Part shown: positions 1-13,160 of the stretch, in pieces
How positions within the stretch are numbered: position 1 is the first letter of the stretch
Layout: the number at the start of each line of letters is the position of its first letter
Assembly: GCA_021432655.1 (NCBI GenBank)
Contig: MU271272.1
Location: 1 to 64,000, forward strand
Length of the DNA stretch: 64,000 bases
DNA from: Atractiella rhizophila
Taxonomy: Eukaryota
Direction of reading: 5' to 3'
Notes under the pieces: generated by a model
Seen by the model: only the letters and a program-made list of their open reading frames with translations
Database searches by the model: none
What the model was told of the DNA's origin: nothing
Position numbers and translations under genes: made by a program

Positions 1-255
1 TCCTGGACACGTAAGGCGAGACCAGAGGTCTTACTGCCTGACTTTGGAGACCAGAAAACCTTGGACGTTCTACGCGAATTGGCGTTAGGTTTCCGCCAGC
101 CTTCCACACAAAAAGTCGATCGTTCCACTCCAGCTCAGCAAACTCCGGATATTCCGAATCGATATATACTCAAAAGAAGAGACTTTGTACTTTTTCTCTC
201 TTGCGCTTGTGGAATATCTTCCGGAAGAGTTTTGCTAAGATGTACAAAGATGTAA
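1..255 (+). CDS. Possible 3' end of a gene entering from the left edge
   Basis: Frame 1 is open from base 1 to TAA at 253-255; no recognisable motif. Confidence 0.25.
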   Translation, partial: SWTRKARPEVLLPDFGDQKTLDVLRELALGFRQPSTQKVDRSTPAQQTPDIPNRYILKRRDFVLFLSCACGISSGRVLLRCTKM

Positions 256-559
256 TGTATCTTGCCTTTGTAGCAGTATAGTCACGTGACCAAAGCGCGT
301 CGCAAGAGCTGCATCAGGACTCATCAACTTAGTCTGGAGAGAAAGTTTGAACAAGGCATCACCAAGAGCATCACACGAGCATCACACGGAATCCCTGAGC
401 CAGGGAGGAGTAAGAGGAATACACGATCCCGTTAAGGGCTACGAAATTTCACGCCAAATTGTCAGTAAGCATATTTGCTCCGTCACGCGTGAGTCCTCCA
501 GCTGTTCGAAACCGTTTGTGTGCTCATTGAAGGAGAGCAGACAAGTTTCTTTGCTCAAC

Positions 560-1826
560 ATGCTCTCTACCAATAGCACACTAGCACCTTCTTCTTCTCT
601 CTACCGGGCGAAGGGGGCCATCTTTGCGATCTTTTCCGACGATGACCTCCTTGGCCAACAATCCGTACCGCAACGGTCTTTCGAGCCTGCTTCTTCTAAA
701 CCTATTAGAAAGGCAAAAGGAGTCTTAGGCGAACGCCAGACCTCATCAGGATCCGAAGTCAAAGTCTTTCTGGACAGCGGTGCGTCGTTTCTGAAAGCGG
801 AAAGAAAGGGGGATGGCGTTGAGACTGGTGTGGATGACCTCGTTTCCGGTCTCTCCTTTGTAGAGATCAACGATGACTCGAACAAGGAGAATGCCTCTAT
901 GTTTCCTCCGGTTGTTTCCGGAAAGAAGAAATCCGCGCTGACTTCAAAAGCTCCTTCGATGAAGAAAAAAGGGGAGCGCAACCCTCTCTCTTCCAAACCT
1001 ATCATCACATCCGAGAAGCCCAAATCCAAAGCTCCCCTCACCTCAAAAAGTGTCGCATCGACCGAAAAGCGTTCAAAACCGAAGAAGACGCTGACGAGTT
1101 CCAATGGTATCTGCACAGGGACCCTTGTCGAAAAGGAGTTCCCGTGGCATCTCAACCCTGGTCTAAAAGACGAGAAGGACGAGATGGAAGAGCTCCTAAG
1201 AGCAGAGAAGGAGATGTTTGAGATGAAAGCTCAACGCGCCAAGGACGCCAATAGGATTGCGAAGGAGTTGACAGAAAGTCCGCTGGCCGAGATTACCAAG
1301 GCTTACACTGGTTCAGGTGCTTTCAAGGTTAGTCTGTTCGAATAACCTCTGAGCAGTTTTGATTGACTGGTTTGTGTCAAAGGTGCTTTGTGAGGACGAT
1401 CCCGAAACCGTGCCTTTATCCATCCCTTCCCCTTTGCATTCCTCCGAAAGCCAAAGCAGCGCCGTATCCGTCCTCTCTGCCTCCGACAGCGATACCCCTA
1501 CTTTCCCCACCAAGACGACCTCCAAACTACCCCCACGTGTCCTCAAGACAAAGGAAGGCACCAACATGAAAGTGAAGGAGAGTGGCGGGTTGAAGGTCAA
1601 AGAGGGAAGGGTGGCTTTGAAGTCCAAGTCTGAGAATGGAAAGTGGGTTACCAAAAAGGCGGAAGGAAAAGTCCATTCAAAGTCGAAGGACGCCATTGAC
1701 ACTGAAAACGGAGCCCCGCGGAAGCTGGAGGGGAGGAGACCCTTGGGTCAGAAAAGCACCAACCCGCTCAGGCAAGGCCCATACGGTGTTCCTGTCAAGC
1801 AATCGGAGAAGAAGCGTTGGGTTTAA
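560..1826 (+). CDS. Hypothetical K/S-rich protein with KEN- and D-box-like motifs (2 exons)
   Basis: ATG at 560; GTTAGT..AAAG intron 1328-1382 joins ORFs 347..1345 and 1359..1826 in frame; NKEN and RRPLGQKSTN motifs. Confidence 0.6.
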
Positions 1827-2324
1827 TCTCGCCTCACTTTCTCCCCCTTGCCTATGCTAATTCCCTCCCTCTTCATGCAACTACGCGGTATGCCTCTACT
1901 ATAGCATTTTCTTGGTCTACTTTTTTATCTGGTTTTCTTGATATGTCTCTTCTCTTTCTCTATCATGGCGTCTTCTTCGCATAGTCATAATTCACCTACA
2001 TATCAGACAAGCAATGAGTACCTGTATCTATCAAGCACTCTCCAATTGGGGCCAAAAGAATCGATATCGCTACAATGTGTCCATGGCATGAATTTGAAGT
2101 CGACGCGTCCACACACGTGATGCTTTCCATTCCATACATTCTAATTCTATTGCTCTAGTCCTGTGTACTATCGGGTAGTTACTTTCTCGGTTCTAGCTTC
2201 CACCAATAGAAGACGAGATTTTGTCGAGGGCAAGTTAAGAGGATTCAAGCTTGTCTGAACCATTTCGCTCTCCCCGCACGACGTGGCAGAAGAACTGAAC
2301 ACTCTTTTTCAAGTTCGCAGCACA

Positions 2325-4059
2325 ATGGGAGGAAAGAAGGCGAGCACCACGAAGGATGACCCGAAGACGTCAAAACCTGTCGACAGGATGGACCTGCACG
2401 AGTACTACGAGTTCGGTGGACCCATTGGAACTTTCGCTATGATGACGGTCTTTCCAGTACTGATGTATTACTTCTGGATCTGCCTTTACTTCAACGATGG
2501 TAAATTGGCTATGCCTCTCAAGGGAGAGTCTGTTGGGGATGCCGTATTGCGCTGGTGGGGCTTACTTCAAGAGGTGCGTCAATTCTGTATATCCCCGGGA
2601 AGTCTGGTCATTGAAATGAGCGTGTCAAGCACGCCGCTCCGACTGGGAGGGCTTTTCAGCTTTATGGAGGTCTCATGGTGTATCAAATTGTATTGGCGTT
2701 CATAATGCCGGGTTACAAGCAAGAGGGACTCCCAGTCACATCGCTTGGTTGGATTTCTTGGCTCCATTCAGTGTCTTGGACCCTGCTGACCTTGCGGTAG
2801 GGGGTAGGACGCTCATGTACAACTGCAACGCTCTGCCCTGCCTTTACGCGACGTGTGTCACGACAGCGGCCCTCCACTACTTTGACATTGTCCACCTGGC
2901 GGAGCTCATCGACCGGTTCGGCGAACTTATGACTGTCTCCATGATCTTCGGCTTTGGTGTCGCTGCATTCTTCTACATCTTCACAATCGCTCGAGGAGAG
3001 CAAGTGCGCATGTCCGGAAATCTAATCTACGATTACTTCATGGGCGCTGCTTTGAATCCAAGAATCGGAAGTGTCGACGTCAAGATGTGGTGCGAGGTCC
3101 GGATCCCTTGGGTTCTCATGTTCTTGATGAGTCTTGCTGGGGCGAGCAAACAATACGACCTGTACGGATATGTCAGCCCTAATCAAGCATTTATGTGCCT
3201 CGCAACCGGACTCTACATCAATGCTTGTGCAAAGGTACCCCATCCTGTCCCAAGCGCGAGAACCAAACTCACAACATGGCAGGGCGAAGAGTGCATCCCG
3301 CAGACCTGGGACATGGTGCACGAGAAGTTCGGATGGCTCCTTTCTTGTGAGGTTTATATTAGTATTCTTTGGCCTAGCTGACATATTCTTTCAGTCTGGA
3401 ACCTGTCCGGAGTGCCGTTCATGTACACCTACTCCATCGTTTACATGGCGACTCACAACCCGGAAGTGTATCGCTTTTCCACTTCCACTTACGTTCTTTT
3501 GTACACAACATTGATGGTAGCCCACATTATGTGAGTTCGATCCCTTTCGTTGAACAACACGCCAATCCCTGTGGCCAGCTTCGACACATCCATGGCTCAA
3601 AAGTCCAAATTTAAGGCTCAACAAACCGGAACCTATCAACCGCGTTATGCTTTCCCTCAATGGCCGGGCAGCATCGTCAAAAACCCAACTTTCATCCAGA
3701 CCAAGCGGGGAAGCAAACTGCTGACCGGCGGATGGTGGGCATATCTTCGCAAACCCGTATGTCCAACCATCCCTTTATTGCTAATCCCGCTGACCCGGCG
3801 CAGAATTACAGCGCCGATTCCGTTCAGCTCGCAACTTGGGCATTGTGCTCTGGATTCGGCTCCATTCTGCCTTACTGGCTTCCATTCTTCTTCTTCGCCA
3901 TGTTGATCCATCGTTGTTCGCGGGACTTTGAGCGATGCTCCAAAAAGTATGGAGAAGATTGGGATCGGTACTGCAAAGTTGTTCCTTACAGGTTGGTGCC
4001 TCCTCTCTTGATGGGTCACTGGCTGATCGGGGTTCAGGTTCATCCCTTACGTTTACTGA
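2325..4059 (+). CDS. ERG4: Delta24(24-1) sterol reductase (ERG4/ERG24 family)
   Basis: Spliced exons give YEFGGPIGT, SGNLIYDYFMGAALNPRIG, KGEECIPQTWDM.HEKFG, LLTGGWW, HRCSRDFERCSKKYG and C-terminal FIPYVY*. Confidence 0.92.
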
Positions 4060-4285
4060 AGCACTTCATTTATCTATTTATTGGAGGCGCTTGCAAATGT
4101 GGCCAGACTGATCCATTACAAACTATCCTAATACAAACTAGCAACAACATGTTGACGAAACTCCTGTTTCAAAAATTGAAAAAGTCACTGAAACAACACA
4201 GTCTGGACATTCGAAAAACAAAACACTGAGGTACTTGAACGAAAGTATCCATGTCACAAATCGACATCTAAAATTCAAAGTCGAA

Positions 4286-6558
4286 CTACTCTTCAATCCC
4301 AAAGAGTCCCTTAACATCAGCTTTCTCCTCTCGTGCCTCGACAGCTCCAGCTCTCACGCTCTTGGGACTCTTACTCCCCAAGAACCGCAAGCTCCCAACC
4401 TTGCCACCTTCCTGAGAGATGAAGGATCCTGGCGTGGATGGTGCAGTGCTACGTCGCATGGGGACAGGCGGCCAAAACCAAGACGCTGGTGAGGTATTAG
4501 ATCGAGAAAGGTTGGACGAAGAGGCGGTTGGTTCAGACTGCCAATCGTTTGGGTCGACGAGGACGGCATCTGAGTCCTCCGGCTCTTCAGCGACTGTGAG
4601 GGAAGAAGTGGAACCTGGGAGAGTTGTGGGGGACATCTTCGGGGTGGAGGCCAAGGAGAGGGTGGAGGAGCGACGGGATTTAACTGAAGCAGAATCGACG
4701 TCGAAAATGTCCGCCCATCGTTCGATCAGAGTCTTCACAACCCCTCCAAGCGTCACTGGTCCATCTTCGGCCGTCTTCGATACCTCTCCTGTCATTATTG
4801 ATGGCGGATTCGGCACCAAGCAGAGCTTCCCGTCCAACTTGATGTCGTCCGACTTGAGCAAGACGGGAGTGATGCAAACTGCGAGGTTGTGCGAGTTCAT
4901 CAGGTTCTTGGATTCCTTCTCCTTCACATCCGCCAGCAGACGCATCACCTCCGCAAGCAGGACGCGGTTGCAGGCAGGCTCCAATCTCCCTACGATCTCA
5001 CGCCGAATGTATCTCGTCGACTCGTCCGATGATAGCGGAGGACATGCCTGGATGGTTTGGTATGTCGAGCGGGGAAAGAGAGGACGGGGGAGCAGGCCAA
5101 GAAAGATCTTGATGAGAGACGAAGCAAGAAAGGGAGAGTCGGTAAAGGCAGCTAGGTTCACAGGGTTCCCACGATCGTATGCTTCTTGGACAGAACGGAC
5201 AACTGACGTCTTGGGAGAGCGCCGGAATAGACCTTCTGTCTCCAAACCTAACCAAGATTGTTTATTCGTGACAGTTGCCCTAGAAGGAAGATGCGACAAA
5301 CCTTCAGCGCGCAAGTGCTGGAAGCAATCTAGCAAAATAGGCGGCAGCCCTAATTGGCCCTTGTAACCCATGAGCTTCTCCAGAGGCACACCGAATTGTT
5401 TCTTAGGCTCCAATTTTGCCTTGAGAGAGGGCGGTAGCGTAATCCAAGTCTCTAGCTTAGCATTTACCTCATAGACCTGAGGAGGAATCTCAATCCTTCC
5501 AAAAGGGTAAGTTAAGCATAATGAAGACAGAGCCACATACTGTGAGATGTCGACGCCTTGCGCCGCAAGAGCGGAAATGTTAGAGCACCTAGTTCCCATC
5601 GTCGTAAGTTGCAGCACACATTGACGGACATGACCTGCCATTTTATCTTGCGTGCCGTCTTGGGCGACAGCAGGGTTGTAAGAAACAGGGTAAGTAGCAT
5701 CTGTCGGCCCAAAGAATGCTCAGTTTGGCAAAGTTTGCACGTCTGTGATAAACGGACGAACCTTCAGCCATCCATATCGTTCGTTTCCTCCCACTATGTA
5801 TAGGGCTTTGATATTTTTACGCGCCTCCCTTGGAAGGTTTAGATATGTCCGAGTGAGAAGGGTAAGCGGTGGAGGGTTCGTGACTGGATTGGCAAAGATG
5901 ACCTATATCGGTCATTCAGACTGAGATTCAGTACAAGGGTTTAACACCACATACCACTTCATAATTCCCTCCCCAAAACACCTCTAATCGCCGTGTGATT
6001 CGTTGCATTAACCGGGATGGATCGACAGTGGACTTGGTAGGAAGATAACAAGCGGCGACTACGATGAGTGGATACGATCCAGAGGCGTCGAGGCCCGCCT
6101 TTCATGTTTATGCGCAAGCTCAGTCGCTGTATACCCTCGAACGAGACTAGCAAGCGTACCTGAAACACCACTTTCTCCGCGATCTTATCTAACCGCTCAG
6201 CCTCCTCCATCCGCTCCTTTGTCTTCTCGCTCATTCCGGCCTTCCTCTCTGATTCCACCGCGCCATCAGCGCAAGGACTCGGAGCCCTTCTCATGATCTT
6301 CTTTCCCAACCCACTGATGCCAGCGCCATTCTCTGAGGGAGCAGCATTCTCGTCGTTGTCGCTCCAGGGGAGATTCTCCATCAGCGACTTGCGTTTGAGC
6401 TTCTTGGGTGGCCGTCTCAGCGTTTTAAATTCGCCAGGAACTTGGGAATGATCAGGCGGCAGAAAGGAGCGGAGGGTCTGGACACTCTTGTGCTTTGACG
6501 TTGAAGAGGACATCGTTGATTCTGGTTGCCTTCCTTCAGGCTGCCGCGGACGAGGCAT
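4286..6558 (-). CDS. Rho GTPase-activating protein, probably with an N-terminal BCH/CRAL-TRIO-like domain
   Basis: FGVPLE, EGLFRRSP (arginine finger), NLMNSHNLAVCITP; several short introns in 5700-6160. The start could be 6558 or 6513. Confidence 0.85.
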
Positions 6559-7480
6559 TCACGTGATTAATCAAGGAGTTGTGCCCCTGCACCATTTACA
6601 GCGCGTTTCGACCACAAGTTCAGTTCAGTTTGGAGCAGATGGCATGTGGAATACAAAGGATCATGAAATAGACACGAAAAGGCTAAAAACGATAAGTGAG
6701 CCATTTGCAGTGTGGATCATCCATCCATCCTTCCTATCCATTGGGAAGAAGTCCGCCCCCCCACAGCTCCAGCCAAATCGTGCCTCCTGTCACGTTCGCA
6801 ATAGTGGCTCGTTGTTCTGTCACTTACCTATTGTCTCGCTTACATGGGCAGCTCTCGAAACGGTAGTTCTTTCTGCACTTTGTCATAACTGTCTGCTCCA
6901 TGCATGCAGTCTGCTCCCTAGTTATAACTGCAGTTCGACTGGATATTGTGGCTCGGGCGGTACAGATCTCACAAGAAAGCTACTCAGGCTCCTGTCTGCA
7001 TTGCATTCCTGACTTTGCTGACTTTAATATTAGGAAACATTGCGAGAGATTGAATCTCCTGGCTCTTGAGAGGAAATGGCTGGAATTTTCTCCCTGCACG
7101 CGATAAATTGACCCAGACGTTGGATTGAAAGTATTTAAATGGAGTGATTAAATACAAAAATCCACACCTTTCTTTCTTCGACCTCCTCAGTCGACCAGCT
7201 CTTGCATGGTAGACCCTTCGACGGGACACAACACCGGCTGCCTAACCAATGGCGTAAGTTCACTTGTGAAGTCAGGGCAGTCTCATCATTCCCAGCACTG
7301 TCCTGTTGCACTGTTCGGAAACAGCGAGAGCAGCGGCAGCGTGCTCAGTCTAGTGAGCCACTCGATTTGATTGGAAGATTTGGAGTAAAAGGAAGAGCTG
7401 TGCCGGATTGGTTCAGACAGAGGACCCAGAGGATCGAGCGCCTCGAACAACAACGGTTCAGAGCAGCAAAGGACCGCCAC

Positions 7481-8447
7481 TTAAAATTCTATTGTGTGGA
7501 AGTTCCTGACAGTCGAATATTAATTCGATATCTGTCAGAAGGGACTGGGAGAGGACGAACGGATAGCACAACTCCGACTCCAGCGCCTTCCTCGCAACCT
7601 CCAAAACAAATTTCTCAATTTTCCCCACATTCCTCAGCACACTTCCACTCTGTTCCCTCCCTGACGCTCCAACAGAACTTCCTAAACCTGAAGGCTCTCC
7701 CATGCCGCTCCCAATCTCGCTATCCACCACAATCTCCCTCAAGATCTGCTCTGCCATGCGCTCCTCTCCATCTCCTGCTGATGAGCCAAACGTATATCCT
7801 TCTCGACTCGGTATCCCCTCCTCTGTTTCAGCTTCGCCATCCTCATCTTTCAGAGCCAGGAGGGAGATGTTCACGCGTCGCTTTGGTCCCTCGAAGGCAA
7901 CAAGGATTTCACAGACAATGGAGATGGCGCGGACGGAGAGGGTGACAGGAAGAGATATGAAGAAGGGAGAGGGATGGTTGAGGATTACGGACGTTTTGAG
8001 GGAGAGGGAGATGGGGCCGTGGAAATGGAATGAGAGGTGCATTTGAAGTGATATTGGGATTGGAACCGGCGTCCGACTAGAGGAGGCTGTGGGGCCGTTG
8101 AGCTCCTCCTTCCCTGCTTGATTTAAGTTGGCCAAAGGCTCGTCCTTTGCTTTGCCCTTCCCCTTCCACGGCTGTCTTGAGTTTTGTCGATGTGACTGAA
8201 ATTGCGGTGCACTTGTTTCCTCTTCATCGTCTGAATATTCCGAAAATTCCCTCCACACATCTACAATGTCGATAATCTTCACCCGTGGTTTGAAGTCCGG
8301 GTCTTCTAGTGGTAATTCAAAGGCAATTATTTCGACTGGTCCTAGGAAACTGGGACGGGTGGTTCGCGAAAATGTTTCGTTGAGGGAGTTTTGTAGTGAT
8401 TTTTGCAGGGACGGCCCTAGAAGGGAAAAATCGAAGTCGATGCTCAT
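7481..8447 (-). CDS. MDM12: ERMES subunit Mdm12 (SMP domain)
   Basis: MSIDFDFS..RPSFLGPVEI.., LNHPSPFFISLPV, VLRNVGKIEKFV; intron 7506-7560 gives the terminal ELCYPNFHTIEF*. Confidence 0.88.
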
Positions 8448-9232
8448 AGGCTACACTTCAAACTAAAAGCGATTGGTCAACCAGCTGCTTAAATATTTGA
8501 CAACTTGAGCAAAAACTCAACAGCTTATCTTGTACAGGTCAGAAGTCAAGTTCAGCTGCGATGAGATCTCGAGAGAACACATCGGACAAAGCACAAGAAG
8601 AAATGAAAATCTGATTAGGATCGTGTATACTACCAAGAGCTATTGAGAGGCTGTATGTAGTCTAATGGCCTAGACAACTTCTAACTGAAGTAATAAGCTC
8701 ATTCCAATTCATTAGCTTAGATAAGGGAAGTAGAAAAGTTGATTTCTATTCCCACTAAGACATAAAAACCATGTCCTTGCATGACCAAAGTAGCATGCCA
8801 GTGCCTTCTGGAATACAAGCATTAGGGCCTCAACTTGTAGCGACTGGGACCGCTTTCAATGTTTACAGGCAGTGCTCCGTAAGGAATTTACAATGAGAGC
8901 ACTCAAAACGCTTCTTTTGGATTGGATATCCACAAAGGAAAAAGTCGCTGCAGCCAAAATGGAGGCTCACCTGAGCAACCAACAAAGATTTTTTGATACC
9001 AAGCACAATATACCTCAGATTAGTCACCTCCTCAAGCTAATTCGCCTCTAGTTACTTCGGCTCTGAGCACACAGACTTGAAAGTGGATTGAGAAGTTGTT
9101 CGTAAATTGCGCCGATTTCCTTTCCTGGAAGGTCGTTTGCGTCCTCGTTGAAGTTGTCATTGCTTCCGCTTTGCCACCATCAATCAAGGAATCGCCAAAC
9201 ACCGCCTACCATTACCTTTCTTCTTTCAAATC

Positions 9233-9915
9233 ATGCCTAAAGTTAAGACTTCTCGGACTAAGCCACCTCCGGAAGGTTTTGAGGAGATAGAGGACATCCT
9301 TGAAGAGTACGCTCGGAAGATGCGTGACGGTTTGTCTCTCCTCTTCCATCCCATGCTTGTTCTAATGAGCTTTGCAAATTTACCAGCTGAAACGGAATCC
9401 CACGAAGGAAAACGAAAGACTGAGGCCGTGTGGCCGATAATGAGAATCACACATACTCGCTCGAGGTATATCTACGATCTGTATTATAAACGAGAAGCGA
9501 TCTCGCAGGAGCTTTATGAGTGGCTACTTGAAGAGAAGTACGCAGATGCGAAGTGCGTCTCTCCTTCTCATGTCCAATCAGCTGAGCTAATACATGAGAG
9601 CAGTCTGATTGCGAAGTGGAAGAAGACTGGATACGAAAAGCTTTGCTGCGTACGCTGCATTCAAAGTCGAGTGCGTCTCCTCCTTCGGAATCTCTCTACT
9701 ATCCTCGATGCACGGGCGGGTTTGCTGAAGTGAGGACGCGGTGCAGGACATGAACTATGCAGGTTCAGCATGCATATGTCGAGTTCCAAAAGCAGTTCTC
9801 AAAGCTGGCACAATAGTGGAATGCGTGCATTGTGGTACGTTGTTTCCTAAATTCCCCTCGCGTTTGATTTATGTATGTTGCGAAAGGTTGCCGTGGCTGT
9901 GCTTCTAGTGACTGA
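9233..9915 (+). CDS. BUD31: Pre-mRNA splicing factor Bud31/Cwc14/G10
   Basis: [67 protein letters not shown] across 4 introns. Confidence 0.95.
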
Positions 9916-10150
9916 GCTTTCCGTAATAAAATCCATTTCAGGTCAATTGTGTACGTCTCCCTATTCCGTGCAAACAAACCTTTTCAGCAGACCTTCGTGC
10001 TGCTATTACTTCAGAGACTAGGAGACCCCCTAAATAATCTCGAATGCAGTAAGTATGTCGAGCCATGACAATGTTGCCCTCCCGCATCATGGTGACTTTC
10101 TTCCCAGCTTCTCTCAGTTCTTTTCAGTTTTCTCCGTGTCCTTTCCGGAC

Positions 10151-12497
10151 TCATTTTCCGAATTCTACAAGATATGCGTGACTCCCCAGAAACCTGCCCT
10201 GTCCAGCTCTGCTGCAGTTCTACCCAGATAGGAATCAGTTATATCAGCTCAAAAGGGAGAGGACATACATCTCTCTTGCCTCCGTTTCTGAAACTAATGT
10301 CCTGAAGGGTGACGCGGCTTTAGCGTATTCACTGCCCAGGACGATGATTATCAAAGGTCTACCGTCCTTTGTCAATCATGCTTCCGCAGCAGTGAGGGCT
10401 CACATTGATGACGGTATATCCCTGCAAGCAGTATACAGTGCTTTAGTCGAATTGATGTCCAAACTGTTGGCGATCACCTACGCAGAAACAGGTTGATTGA
10501 GCCAGTTTATAAAGGTTAGAAAGCGTCTTGCCTTGTTTATTCCAACATCCCATAGCTTTAGCCACTTGTTGCCCTTTTTGCTTTTTTTGCCCTTTTTCCC
10601 TGTGCTCTTATCCATGATAACAGGGGTACACCATCCAACACCGACACTTTCAAGAGTTTTGAGCGAGTTATCGAGTTCGTCCCAAGATTGGAAGAGGGTC
10701 CCTGAGACAGCAGCACTAGTGGGCACGTCCCCAAAAATCCAACTCCAACCTGTTCTCCTACTCGGAAGGGCTGCCAGTCGTTGTGCAATCTGATGCGTCG
10801 TCCCTTCCGTAATGCGAACAAAATAAGTTGGTGTCGGATGGTGGCTTAGCGGTTGAAGCGATTGGCGAGGAGCGAGAGGCGCGGACGACGCTGACTGGTC
10901 CGCAATCGAGGTGTTCGCCGCCAGTTCAGTTCTGGCGGTCTCTGCTTCCATCACTCGATCTTGCAACCTCGAGATTTGCTCTTCATACTCCTCTTGGCGC
11001 AACTCGTAATCCTCCTGCCGTTGTTGATACGCCAGGAGTTCAGCTTCGAGCGCTGCGATCCGATCCTGTAACGAGGTTTGGTCTCTCTCTGCTTCTTCAT
11101 TAGGGACCGGCGTCGAACAAGCAGTCATGAAGCGTGGATCTTTCTCCCAAGCCTCTTCATCTCCCGTTGGCGAGACAATTCGTGCTTCCAGTACGAAGGG
11201 AACTTCAGGAATGGCAAGAAATTGGTCGAACGCAGTGTGCGAGCCCGACCGACTGGGGACTGGAAAGGGGTCTTCCAGAACAGAGTGCTGGTCAGGAAAC
11301 GCATCGTCAAATTCGATTGCTCGCCCTTCTTCAGCTGAGGCTGGTTCTGGTGTCGGATTCCCGTCCTCAGGCACTTGGCCTGCTGGTACTTCTTCGGCTG
11401 CATAAGCCGGTTCAGGTGTCATCCTCTTAACAACTTCTTCAAAGTGCTCTTGGGTAGTAGTCTGTACGTGGGATCCATAATGATTCTCGTCGAATGCCTC
11501 TCTAGCCACATCGATGAAAGGAGAAGGAGGTCCATCCGCCCAATCGTTCGCTGGGTCATTCTGTCCACTGCCACAGGCGTTGATGAAGTGTTCCACAAAC
11601 TCGCCATCTGACACTGTTTCAGCGAGAGGATTCGTTAGAACGTCATCGCTGCCTGGAAGTAGGTTTTCTGATAGAGGAGCAGGAGAGTGCTCATCACTTT
11701 GGCTCAAATTGTTAGGAAAGACCGACGGAAGGATCTGTTCGGATGCCCTGGTGAGGTCAGGAGGATTGGTCACAGGATGGACGGCGGGGTTTGGTTCTGT
11801 ACGGATGGAATCGAGCTTGGGCAAAGCCTTTTGGAGGTCTGTCATGCCCTTTTTGAGGTCCTTCATACCCGGTACGACGTTCGCGAGGAGTTGCTTGATG
11901 TGGTCGAGGTCGGCACGCAGCTCTTCCTCCCCCATCGTCGTTCCCGCTTCCTCCATTTTACCCTCAGAATAGGATTGGGACGCCTCCGCCTGAGAGGTCT
12001 GGTTCTGTTTAGCGAATGCGAGGTCCTCAGCGATTCGGGACGCCAATTCTTCTTGAACCCGCTCTTTGTCCGCATGGCACAGGCTATACTTGACGAGGAG
12101 CGAGTCGAGGATGCCCCTATACGCTGCACACTGGCATTCTGGGCCTGTTGCTTCTCGTTCTGGATGCACCAGATCAGAGTCGTGGGGTTCGAGGAGTTCG
12201 TGCGTTTCGGAAGTCGTCGTCGAATTAGAGTGCTAGAAAAACTAGAATGTGAGATGTGGGCGACAGAAGAGGAGGAGAAGGGACGACGCGCCTGCACGCT
12301 GTCAAGCTGGCTTTGGATCGAGTCCAGACGTGCGTTCAATGGTTGGAGGTACTTGAGAAAGAATCGCTCCTTCGCCCCTCATCAGTCTCCACACCGACCA
12401 CGCAAATTACAATAACTGCAGGAAAGGAGGAAAAGACGTGAAGGACGGGACAGACCTCGATCAACGAGCAGAGCTCTGTCAAACTGACTTGGACCAT
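10151..12497 (-). CDS. Hypothetical coiled-coil/acidic protein; shares N-terminus with the neighbouring gene
   Basis: 563-aa ORF 10478..12169 plus small upstream exons (MVQVSLTELCSLIE | ERFFLKYLQPL) and probable small 3' exons; 3' end uncertain. Confidence 0.6.
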
Positions 12498-13160
12498 GTC
12501 GACGAAGGCGCTCCAACTGTTCTCTCTGATTATAAAGGATTCTGAATCGAGAGGTAGGAACAGGGACAAAAGTAAAAGCGAAAGGACGAGGGTCGGTTGT
12601 ACTTTCGTTTAAGGAGCAAAGCCTAAGGCGGGCCTGTTTTGACAAGTTTGTACGTAAGTCAGGGCGAGGAATGTGAGGGAGCTGTCGCCGTCTAAATGCT
12701 TATCTGCACATTTGACCAGATCCATATTGTTAGTAAACAGCCGCGGTCAGCCAGCCTTTCTAGCATCGGAGGTGCAGCTGAGAGGAGGAGATCGAACCTG
12801 ATCGAGGAATCAAATGCTCACCTTACGCCTCACCGGCGCTCTACATGGGGCACGTGAGACGGCCGACAGGGTTGATGGAGAGGAGAGCTGTTGACGCGTT
12901 ATTTTGGGCGGAATGGTAATGCGAACATGGATTGCAGATTGCAGATTGTAGATGAGGAGGGCACATCAATTCGAGGTCACATTAATTCGAGGGCATATGT
13001 ATCCGAGCTGGACACTTGACAACTGATCGTGGCGGCTTTTGGATTCTTTTCGTGAGCTGAGAACTGAATTGAGTGAGAAAACAAGTTGAACTGAACTTTG
13101 GGACACGGCATGGCATGGAAGGATGCGATTTTGCGTTGCGTTGAAGACCGATTCACTGAT

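Noticed and set aside
4419..5366. Long antisense ORFs (this one, and 11687..12415, 14143..14733, 16795..17505)
   Set aside because: Shadow frames of real genes on the opposite strand.
6843..7450. Short plus-strand ORFs between the RhoGAP and MDM12
   Set aside because: No motif or coherent gene model; probably UTR or promoter sequence.
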